This document shows positions 19,964 to 27,757 of a DNA stretch of 64,000 nt, one piece after another. A program made the position numbers and the translations under genes. The stretch is from the sequence record PP438435.1; one strand, 5' to 3'. The notes beneath the pieces are model-generated. The model worked only from the letters and a program-made list of their open reading frames with translations, was not told where the DNA came from and made no database searches. How positions within the stretch are numbered: the stretch's first letter is position 1; every line of letters starts with the position of its first letter.

Positions 19964-20968
19964 ATGGACATCCCCCTGCTGACCCCTGATGCGCCGCCTG
20001 ATCAGCCCATCCATCGCCTCACTTTCGAGGCATGGGTAGATGCCTGTTGGACGGCAAACCGATACCGAGACGCCTACATCGAAGACTTCGGTCTCGAAGA
20101 TGCGCGCTACGCGGCCGTCAGCGCCGGCGGCACGCTCCAAGACGCTCGCGATCGCTATCACCGGCAGCTCTTCCAGCAGCCGCATGACACGCGCCTCGCG
20201 CTCTCGGTCTACGACGAACTGGCGCCTGACCTTCAGACTCTGGCACTGGAGCACTTCGCGCCGCTCGTGGACGATCTGCGATGGCGCGATGCTGTGGAGC
20301 AAGCGATCGCAGACGGCTGCAAGCTGTGGACGCGCCGCGCGACGCTACGCTCGATCGCACGCCCTCAGCCGGTCATCCTCTACCGCTCAGCGTCCGAGGC
20401 CGACTTCCCGCCCGGCAGCAGCGCCTCGCTGCCCTTTCGGCGCGAGGGTGGCGCGCACAATGCCCGCGCCAGCGGCCGCGTCATCGGGCGCGATGGTCAG
20501 ACCTGGCTGGAAGCGCGGTATCCCGGCAGTGCCTGCACCGACACCGATCGCTTCCTCATCGCTGCGCCCTACGCCGTGCTCGCGCCCGGCGGCCGCCCCG
20601 AGCGACCTGCACACAGCGCCGTCGAAGCGCTCTGCGTCCACGATTTCTTCGAGGTCGATGAGCGGCCGCACAGCGTCTACTACGTCACGGCGCGCCAGCA
20701 GGCAGGCGGCAGCGCGCTCCTGCTGGGCCCATTCGCCACGCATCTGGAGGCGCTCGCGCAGACAGCGGTAGCCAGCGCCTACGTCGAGCAGAAAGCTCGC
20801 ACTTCACCGCACATCGCTGTCTCGATCGGCACCGGCCGCCTCGATTGCGACCTGGCGCCTGCGCCGCAAGGGCGCCTCAATGCGGCACTACTGGAAGGCG
20901 AACAGCTCGCCCGTATGGCGCTGCTGCTCGGCACTCAGTCACTGGGGCCCAGCGCGGCGAGCGCTTAA
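19964..20968 (+). CDS. Hypothetical multidomain protein
   Basis: AAGGA RBS; N-terminal domain shared with the upstream gene. Confidence 0.75.
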   Translation: MDIPLLTPDAPPDQPIHRLTFEAWVDACWTANRYRDAYIEDFGLEDARYAAVSAGGTLQDARDRYHRQLFQQPHDTRLALSVYDELAPDLQTLALEHFAPLVDDLRWRDAVEQAIADGCKLWTRRATLRSIARPQPVILYRSASEADFPPGSSASLPFRREGGAHNARASGRVIGRDGQTWLEARYPGSACTDTDRFLIAAPYAVLAPGGRPERPAHSAVEALCVHDFFEVDERPHSVYYVTARQQAGGSALLLGPFATHLEALAQTAVASAYVEQKARTSPHIAVSIGTGRLDCDLAPAPQGRLNAALLEGEQLARMALLLGTQSLGPSAASA

Positions 20969-20984
20969 CACGGCGTTCGGTGCG

Positions 20985-21569
20985 CTACGAGCTTCGAGAG
21001 CAGCTCGCATAGAAGCCCAGGCCGCTTTGTGGCCCGGGGGCGTCCATGGCGCGTAGGGCATGGCTCACCTGTGCGTAACACTGCTGCATCCGCGTCTCCA
21101 GCAGCGCGCGCTCGACCGCTACACGCGCCCGCTCCAGCTCCAGCTCGCGACCCATCAGCTGCGCGGCAGGCCACGGTAGCACCGCCGATTCGCGGCGCGC
21201 GGCCGCGGCCAGAGCCGCGTCTACACGCTCACGCAACGTCGGCAGTGCTTCGGGAGGCACGCACCCATCGGCAACGTCGGCTGCAATGGCGGTCGCCGAC
21301 CAGGCGACGCCTCGCAAGCTCTGTGCGAGATCGAGATAGAGGCGCGTTTGCTGGGAGCGGAACTCACATGGCGCGAACAACGCGCCTTCGGCAGCTCTCG
21401 CATTGACAGAGGCAGCAGTGGCTTGCCACAGCTGCACATCCTGGGCCCACTGCACTCGCAGCGACCGCGATCCCATCGCGAACGTCAGACCCCAGACGCT
21501 CAGTGCGAACGCCAGCCCCAACAGCAGCCAGCCTGCCCGCCGTGAGCGCTGCGCATTCGGGTCGTTCAC
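20985..21569 (-). CDS. Hypothetical bitopic membrane protein
   Basis: N-terminal hydrophobic segment; GTGA coupling. Confidence 0.6.
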   Translation of the reverse strand: MNDPNAQRSRRAGWLLLGLAFALSVWGLTFAMGSRSLRVQWAQDVQLWQATAASVNARAAEGALFAPCEFRSQQTRLYLDLAQSLRGVAWSATAIAADVADGCVPPEALPTLRERVDAALAAAARRESAVLPWPAAQLMGRELELERARVAVERALLETRMQQCYAQVSHALRAMDAPGPQSGLGFYASCSRSS

Positions 21570-21937
21570 CGGACCTTCCGCGCCTTGGGGCCGAGGCGGG
21601 TGTCGCGCAGCAGGACGACGCCTTCGCTCAGCGCTTGCAGCCGATTCTCGACCACCCCCGCCTCCTTCAGTTCACGCCAGGCTTCGCACGCCTCGGGCGG
21701 AAGCATCCCGTTCAGGCGCTCATAGCCCTGGTCAACCAGCAAGGCGCGACGCGCCTCGACGGCGGCGCTCATCTTGGTCAAGCCGGTCTTGGGGTCGATC
21801 TCGGATCGTTCCGAGTCCTTGGGCCACAGCGGAACCTTCTTCTTCGGCGCAGGCTTCCTCGGCGCTCCCGCAGCCTTCTCGGCTATGGGAGATTCCTTTC
21901 GCCGCACCTTGCTTGCGCTCTTCTTTGCCGTGGCCAT
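21566..21937 (-). CDS. Hypothetical protein with basic N-terminus
   Basis: GAGG RBS before MATAKK. Confidence 0.6.
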   Translation of the reverse strand: MATAKKSASKVRRKESPIAEKAAGAPRKPAPKKKVPLWPKDSERSEIDPKTGLTKMSAAVEARRALLVDQGYERLNGMLPPEACEAWRELKEAGVVENRLQALSEGVVLLRDTRLGPKARKVR

Positions 21938-22005
21938 CCGCGCCTCAGGGAAACCGGGTCGCTCTATCATCGCACCTAGCCGCCTAGGGCTGCAAGCCGG
22001 CGCAC

Positions 22006-22602
22006 CTAGCGGCTGAACGGGGTCGGGAAGTGTCCCGCGGCCTCGACGGCTCGCACACAGGCAACAGCAGATTCCAGATTCCCGTGCGCGGCCTGTGTAT
22101 TCCCAATGTAGGCGACGAGAGCTTCCTCGCCCCGTCTCGACAAAGCCTCGGATGAGACCAGCCCCGCAGCAGCGAGTGCAGCGATGTCCTGCCGATCATT
22201 CTCGGCGTAGCGCGCCACCTTACTGAGCGCAAGATCAACCGGCGCAAGCACCCGTACCCGGAAGTAACGCAGCCCTAGCGGAACCTCCACAGCATCCCGC
22301 TGATAGTCCTCGTGCAATAGCGAGAACATCGGATTGTAATTGGTGTCGAAATACATCCCGAGCGGTAGATCAGAACCGTCGTCGACGCTCACCGAAAGCC
22401 CGGCAGGCAACAGCACCCGGCATCCGAACTCTGCGTCCACATCCGCGGTGACGCGGACACCGGTGTAGAGGTGCACGGCCATACCGCCGGCCACATACAC
22501 ATCCACAGGTTGTGACAGCCCCAAGGCGCGCTCTGCTTGCCTGAAAAGCTCATCGAGACCCCGGCCAAACGGAGTCTGCAGGTAGAACTCGAACGTGTTC
22601 AT
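22006..22602 (-). CDS. DUF6036-family nucleotidyltransferase (putative toxin)
   Basis: AGGMAVHLY...RVTADVD NTase motif; DLALSKVARY...DRQDI. Confidence 0.8.
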   Translation of the reverse strand: MNTFEFYLQTPFGRGLDELFRQAERALGLSQPVDVYVAGGMAVHLYTGVRVTADVDAEFGCRVLLPAGLSVSVDDGSDLPLGMYFDTNYNPMFSLLHEDYQRDAVEVPLGLRYFRVRVLAPVDLALSKVARYAENDRQDIAALAAAGLVSSEALSRRGEEALVAYIGNTQAAHGNLESAVACVRAVEAAGHFPTPFSR

Positions 22603-22892
22603 GCAACCTCCAGGGCGCGCTCCAGAGCCGCCCGAAAACGGGCCAGGCCCAAGATCCATCCACGTCGCTCCACATCCGCGCCGCTCATCCCATCGAGAGC
22701 GTGCTCACGCAGATACCGCGCCGCCGTCTGCCGCAACGCAGCGGCTTCGCGGGCATGGGATCGCCCCACCAAGTCCGCGGCCACCCGAAACACCTGCGCA
22801 TGGCGCTCGTCTGGCGCCGCCACCAGTGCGCCACGCGCTGCCAGCACGCAGCGTGCAATCAGGTCGGCCTCGATCCCGCGAGCATCCACCAT
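22599..22892 (-). CDS. Small partner of the DUF6036 NTase (putative antitoxin)
   Basis: Overlaps both neighbours; RCVLAAR...VFRVAA...GW pattern recalled upstream of plasmid DUF6036 genes. Confidence 0.55.
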   Translation of the reverse strand: MVDARGIEADLIARCVLAARGALVAAPDERHAQVFRVAADLVGRSHAREAAALRQTAARYLREHALDGMSGADVERRGWILGLARFRAALERALEVA

Positions 22893-23503
22893 CACCCGAA
22901 CCCCAGGACCGGCGGGGGCGGCACCGTGGGCACGCGTGTCCGCAGCTGCTCGCAGCCCAGCGCATCGATGACGGCCTCGCACGCCTCAACGACCTCGACC
23001 AGGAACTCGCGCGGGGCGTCGACAGGCGTGGGACCGGCGTCTTCACACGCCTCCGGCGCCCCCACAGCCTCCGCGATGATGGCCTCAAGCGGGTGTGCGG
23101 CGGGATCGCCCAGAAGGTGCTCGAACGGCGCCAGCGCCAATTGAAATGCGCGCGGGGCAGCAGGGCCGAACTGCGTAATGAGGCGCGCTTCGAGCCACGG
23201 CATTAAGCGCGACAGAGGCGCCATCGGCGCGTCGCCCTGTGCCATGGCCAGAACACGATCCATGCGCGCCTGCGGCGACGCCAGATAGCGCACGGCTTCG
23301 TCGGGGAGGGCCTGCAAGGCCCGCCGCGCCAGCTCTTGCCGGGCAATCAGCGCCCAATCGGTCTCCACGGCGAACGCTGGATCGAATCCGTCCATGCCTG
23401 CTGTGCGTGCATGGCGCTCGAAGAACGCCTTCAGTGCATGTGCGACCGTCACCTCGATCGCATGCGTCGACGGCGGGGGACTGTTGGGCTTGAAGATGTG
23501 CAT
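22892..23503 (-). CDS. Hypothetical protein
   Basis: AAGGA RBS; coupled to the downstream gene. Confidence 0.65.
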   Translation of the reverse strand: MHIFKPNSPPPSTHAIEVTVAHALKAFFERHARTAGMDGFDPAFAVETDWALIARQELARRALQALPDEAVRYLASPQARMDRVLAMAQGDAPMAPLSRLMPWLEARLITQFGPAAPRAFQLALAPFEHLLGDPAAHPLEAIIAEAVGAPEACEDAGPTPVDAPREFLVEVVEACEAVIDALGCEQLRTRVPTVPPPPVLGFG

Positions 23504-23517
23504 GGTCGGTCCTTGAC

Positions 23518-24156
23518 TCAGGGGAAGGCGAACCCTGCCAAGCGCGCAGCCAAGGGGCGCGGCTGAGGCTCCGGCTCGACGGTTTGCGGCTCCACAACGA
23601 GTATGGGCTTGCCCAGCAGCCGCGCATCTGGAATGGGTGGCGGCAGCACCGGTCTGGCGTGACCGTGTGCATGGATCTCGGCCCGCACCTGCATCAGCAG
23701 GCGACCCAAGACGTTGCGTCCGACGAGGGTGTTACCGGGGCCAGGACCCGCCCCCCAGAAATCGTCGCGCATCGAAAACTCCACGATGGGCCGATCACTC
23801 GATTCGAGCAGCGCAGCCACGAACGTATCCGGATGCTGCTGCGCCTTCAGGCGCAGCAGCCAGCGCATGCAGTGCACACGCGCGGTCTCCCAGTCAGCAC
23901 GCGTCAGCGCAAGCGCTGAATGCGCGACCTCCTTCGCGGCCATGCCGTTCAGCGCCATCGCGATCCGCGACTGCAAGGCAGGATGCGTTGGCAAACGGCA
24001 TGCCTGATAGAGCGCTTCCGACGATCGCCAAGGCGTGCCGTCGACGACCAGGGGCATGCCGGCTGCCATGTTGCTGAACACCCCGAACGCCTCGCGCGTC
24101 TTGCAGAACACCGCGCAGGCATCCCGTTCATAGCGGCGCATCTCGGGGATCTTCAT
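23518..24156 (-). CDS. NADAR (YbiA-like) family protein
   Basis: FSNM, WRSSEALYQA, LRLKAQQH, IVE...DDFWG, GRNVLGRLLMQVR. Confidence 0.9.
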   Translation of the reverse strand: MKIPEMRRYERDACAVFCKTREAFGVFSNMAAGMPLVVDGTPWRSSEALYQACRLPTHPALQSRIAMALNGMAAKEVAHSALALTRADWETARVHCMRWLLRLKAQQHPDTFVAALLESSDRPIVEFSMRDDFWGAGPGPGNTLVGRNVLGRLLMQVRAEIHAHGHARPVLPPPIPDARLLGKPILVVEPQTVEPEPQPRPLAARLAGFAFP

Positions 24157-24163
24157 TGCCGTG

Positions 24164-24601
24164 CTACATCCCCATCGAGGGCCTTGATGCCGGCGCCCGC
24201 TCCAGCACCCACTCCGAATCCTCTCCGCTGGGCAGATCGACTTCCCGAGCGACTACAGCCTTGCCCACATAGGTCGGCGCGGCCGCGGGGAACAACTCGA
24301 TCAGCCGATCTGCTGCGCGCACATCCCATCGGTCGATCCGCCGGAGGCCTTCGGCCAGCGCCCGCTCGCAGAAATCAACCAACACGGCCTCGCCGACGCT
24401 CCAGCCCCGGCCAGCGTGCGCTCGCGCCTCCACAGCGATGTCCGGGGTCACACGCGACAGCGCCTCCAGAATCCCCGCGGCAGCGTCGGATGCGTTGATC
24501 GTTCCTAACGCCGGCCCGCCGAAGCGCGGATCCAAGGTCCTGATGGCCTCCGTGAACTCTGCCGCTGCTCGCTCCTTGATACGCTCCCACTTGATGGACA
24601 T
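24164..24601 (-). CDS. Hypothetical protein
   Basis: GGAGAGG RBS; ends RPSMGM. Confidence 0.65.
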   Translation of the reverse strand: MSIKWERIKERAAAEFTEAIRTLDPRFGGPALGTINASDAAAGILEALSRVTPDIAVEARAHAGRGWSVGEAVLVDFCERALAEGLRRIDRWDVRAADRLIELFPAAAPTYVGKAVVAREVDLPSGEDSEWVLERAPASRPSMGM

Positions 24602-24618
24602 CTCGCCTCTCCTCGTGG

Positions 24619-24852
24619 TCAGTTGACGTCGCTCGTCTCGGCGACACCGCTGCGCGCGGCAGAGGCTTCCTCAGCGATGCGCATCTCGATGACCTTCGTC
24701 AAGCGGTCACAGCGCGACATGCTGTTCTCGTAGGCATCCGTCGGAATGGCCTCATGTAGAAACGCCGAGTGCATCCTTGCCATCTCCGCGAAGACGCGGA
24801 GCATCGGCGTCGTGTAGCGCTGAACCAATGGATAGCTGCGCGAAGATTGCAT
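24619..24852 (-). CDS. Small hypothetical protein
   Basis: Fills an operon gap. Confidence 0.5.
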   Translation of the reverse strand: MQSSRSYPLVQRYTTPMLRVFAEMARMHSAFLHEAIPTDAYENSMSRCDRLTKVIEMRIAEEASAARSGVAETSDVN

Positions 24853-24858
24853 GGTTGA

Positions 24859-25182
24859 TCACCGAAAGCCGAAAGATGGACACGCTGCGGTTGGCGGGCT
24901 CGGATCAACCCGCTCAACCGGTGGTGCGTGGGTGGGAATGGCGACGCGCTCTCCGCTCCGCAACCGCAAGCACGGCACCGCCGCCATGGCGTCGTAAGCA
25001 AGCTCGATGCCATCGACGTCCTCGCAGGCGCGCGCAGCGCGCGCCAAAGCGCTCTCGACCCGCACGATCCATGCGTCTTCAACAGCGCACGCGCCGCCTT
25101 CGAGTTGTCGCCTCAGCAACAGCACGTGCTCAGTTGCGAGGCTGTGCAGCTCGGGCCGGGCCAAGAGCTCATGGCATCGCAT
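24859..25182 (-). CDS. Small hypothetical protein
   Basis: Starts 4 nt after the hipA stop. Confidence 0.5.
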   Translation of the reverse strand: MRCHELLARPELHSLATEHVLLLRRQLEGGACAVEDAWIVRVESALARAARACEDVDGIELAYDAMAAVPCLRLRSGERVAIPTHAPPVERVDPSPPTAACPSFGFR

Positions 25183-25185
25183 GGC

Positions 25186-26502
25186 TCACGCGCCGGGTGC
25201 AGCGCTGCGCGCCGCTTCCGCCTCACGCAGAGCGCGGAGTGCTCGCTCCGCCGCAGCCAGCGCCATGGCGGGTTCCAGGGACTCCGCGAGGCTCTGAGGA
25301 TCGACCCCGTTCTCGCGAGCAATCTGCGGAAACTCGAGCACCGCTGACAGCACACGCTGCGCGATCTCTGACGCACGCGACTGCTCGATGCCGAAGCTCG
25401 ATGCAGAGCGCACGATCCACGAGGCCGTGAGCGGCGGTTCGTGATCGCCGAGCATCGCGAGCTTGTGGGGTGACGGGCGACCACTGAGATCGAGGTCGGT
25501 CACCATGATGTCGATGTTGGGCGAGAGGGACCAATCGCCGCGCTCATCCTGGATAAACACCCACTGGCCCAGGTGGTCATCGGTGTTGTTGACAGCGCGG
25601 TTCAGAACCATGCGCCCGAAGATCTCCTCGACATCGCGCTCGGGATCCGCCGAATACTGGCGCGCAAACCCCACGAGGTCGGAGTAATCGTTCTTGGGGT
25701 TCTCGATCGCGGCAGCTGCGCTGACGGTGTGCAGGATCGTCGCGCGATCGTCGACATCGAAGCGGCGGCTCAGCAGGATCGAACTGTTGTCCGCGTTGCT
25801 GATCAGCGTCGTGTCCGCCGTGTTCAGTCCTGCGCGTTTGGACACCTCGCAGAGCGACGCTTCGACGCGCGCTTCAGGATAGGTGCCGAGGATGTCGCGC
25901 GGGAACTTCGCGACATAGCACTCGCCCATGTCATCCACATAGGCCGCCTTCGGTTGCGCTCCCCCGTGGGTGGCCAGCGCCCAGCGGTACTTGTCGCGAC
26001 CGAGCGCGAACGGGCAGACCTTCTCGCTGGCGTAGCGACTGATGAACTCGTCGACGCGTCGCTGCAGTGTGCGAAGCGCCTCGAAGGTCTCGACATAGTG
26101 ATCGATGTCAATGTCAGAAGCGTTGAAGCGCAAGCCACCCGACTGCCAGTCGCCCAGCATGAAGAGCTTCTCCGCCGGCGTGGAACGCGCATAGATCGCG
26201 CTATGCGACGCCAGCACGAGCTCACCCCACTGCCCCGGTAGTGCCTGGGCGAATACGGGATGGAGGTCGTCGGCCTGCGGGCCGCGCAGGTTCGGGTTTC
26301 CCTGGGGAAGGTGGACGAACTCGCGCTGCCCCATGCGGTAGTCCAGCGAGGGCGCGAGCGGCGGGCCGTCATAGTCTTCGTGGTAGACGAACACACCCGG
26401 CTTCTGCGGCCGCGGCAGCAGGTACAGGCCGACGGCAACCCAGCGGTTGTCGCCGCCCGGAATCTGACGAAAGACTTCGATGGTGCGTGGGGCGGTGCTC
26501 AT
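25186..26502 (-). CDS. hipA: HipA-family Ser/Thr kinase toxin
   Basis: LPGQWG, GGAQPKA, YVAKFP, LLSRRFD, NTDDH, LSPNID; GGAGG RBS. Confidence 0.88.
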   Translation of the reverse strand: MSTAPRTIEVFRQIPGGDNRWVAVGLYLLPRPQKPGVFVYHEDYDGPPLAPSLDYRMGQREFVHLPQGNPNLRGPQADDLHPVFAQALPGQWGELVLASHSAIYARSTPAEKLFMLGDWQSGGLRFNASDIDIDHYVETFEALRTLQRRVDEFISRYASEKVCPFALGRDKYRWALATHGGAQPKAAYVDDMGECYVAKFPRDILGTYPEARVEASLCEVSKRAGLNTADTTLISNADNSSILLSRRFDVDDRATILHTVSAAAAIENPKNDYSDLVGFARQYSADPERDVEEIFGRMVLNRAVNNTDDHLGQWVFIQDERGDWSLSPNIDIMVTDLDLSGRPSPHKLAMLGDHEPPLTASWIVRSASSFGIEQSRASEIAQRVLSAVLEFPQIARENGVDPQSLAESLEPAMALAAAERALRALREAEAARSAAPGA

Positions 26503-26538
26503 GGATCCCTCCGTGGACGATAAGCAGCGGGTGCGTGA

Positions 26539-26892
26539 TCAGGACGAGGGCGGCGCGCCCGTGCGCTCTTGAACAGCTTGGCGGGACAGGGTGCGGGCGG
26601 TCTCTATGACCAGCACCTCCTGATCCGCCATCAGCTTCAGCGCGTTCGGCAGCACTCCCAAGGCCTGCCAGATCTTGAGGAGCACTTCGAGGTTGACACT
26701 GTTGCCAGCCTCAAGGCGCGCAACAGTGTCGCGATGCACGCCAGCCGCTTCCGCCAACTCCTGCTGGGTCAGCCCCCGCCCCTGCTCCCGAAACTCACGG
26801 ACGTAGCGCCCCAGGTGCTCCAGAGCGGCATTGATCTGGAGCTCAACGGAACGAGCGGCCGTGGTCTTCGTGAGCGGGGGTATGACGGACAT
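26539..26892 (-). CDS. hipB: XRE-family HTH antitoxin (HipB-like)
   Basis: GLTQQELAEAAGVHRDTVARLEAG; directly upstream of hipA. Confidence 0.85.
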   Translation of the reverse strand: MSVIPPLTKTTAARSVELQINAALEHLGRYVREFREQGRGLTQQELAEAAGVHRDTVARLEAGNSVNLEVLLKIWQALGVLPNALKLMADQEVLVIETARTLSRQAVQERTGAPPSS

Positions 26893-27114
26893 GACGTTCT
26901 CCTACGTGGGCGAGTCTACGCGTGCTTGGTTCTTTCCGCAATTAGCCTAGAACCAGGCCTCCATGCGGAACTTTTGCCGCATTAAGCCGCTTCCCAGCAG
27001 GCCCTGCAAGCACGCCTAGGCGCCTAGGGTCATGGACAGTTCAGGAACCCGGGCGCACTCTGTCAGCACGGGAAAAGCCCGTCACTGTCCAGGCGCTGAT
27101 CAAGGGAACCTGCC

Positions 27115-27678
27115 ATGGAAACCATACGCTCGATACCGGCCGCTGCTCCGACCCGTACCCGCCCTGCGTCGCACCTCGATCGCTCTCTGCTGGCGCTGGT
27201 TTTCGCGCCGCGGATGACGCAGACGGAGGCTGCTGAGTATGCGCAGGGCCGAAAGTCCGCTGTCGCCAGCGCTGTCGCTGCATGGACGCTGGCGGCGGGC
27301 GCCCTGTTCTTGGTGCTGATCGCGGCAGAGGCCTACGCGAGCACCGTCCATGCAAAGGTGATTGCGATTGGCTCGTGGCGCAGCGCCGAACACGCCGATG
27401 CCATCACGCTCATGTGCGTCGCTTTCGGCGTGACGCTCTTCCTGCTGGCCTCGATGCTTCGCCCTTCGCTGATTCTCGGACGGGCATCGTCGGTCCTCGC
27501 CGCGATTCAGCCGCAGGCCGCTCAGCGCGCCACTTCGCAGGTGCGTGCCTTTGCCGACCTCTCGCCGATCACCCGCCTCGTTGCTTTCGGCCTCGTAGCC
27601 GCAGTGATCGCGCTGCTCTACAACGTCTTGGTTCTGGGGCCCGCTCACGCGATTCTCGCTCTCGCCACTGGGCTCTGA
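27115..27678 (+). CDS. Multi-pass membrane protein
   Basis: 3-4 hydrophobic segments; convergent with dotA. Confidence 0.7.
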   Translation: METIRSIPAAAPTRTRPASHLDRSLLALVFAPRMTQTEAAEYAQGRKSAVASAVAAWTLAAGALFLVLIAAEAYASTVHAKVIAIGSWRSAEHADAITLMCVAFGVTLFLLASMLRPSLILGRASSVLAAIQPQAAQRATSQVRAFADLSPITRLVAFGLVAAVIALLYNVLVLGPAHAILALATGL

Positions 27679-27708
27679 TCCTCCACGCAGCACAAGCAGC
27701 AACACACC

Positions 27709-27736
27709 AGAAGGGACGGGGAAACCCGTCCCTTCT
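27709..27736. terminator. Hairpin terminator between convergent genes
   Basis: AGAAGGGACGGG-GAAA-CCCGTCCCTTCT, perfect 12-bp stem. Confidence 0.8.
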
Positions 27737-27757
27737 CTTTGGGTCGGGCGCGGCGAC

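Noticed and set aside
4083-24170. Recurring DNA context ATGTAGC at several PSM/MGM gene ends, as a DNA-level element
   Set aside because: Explained by Met plus a TAG stop; upstream Pro/Ser codons vary and another copy ends ATG TAA, so the protein-level reading is preferred, though a DNA role is not fully excluded
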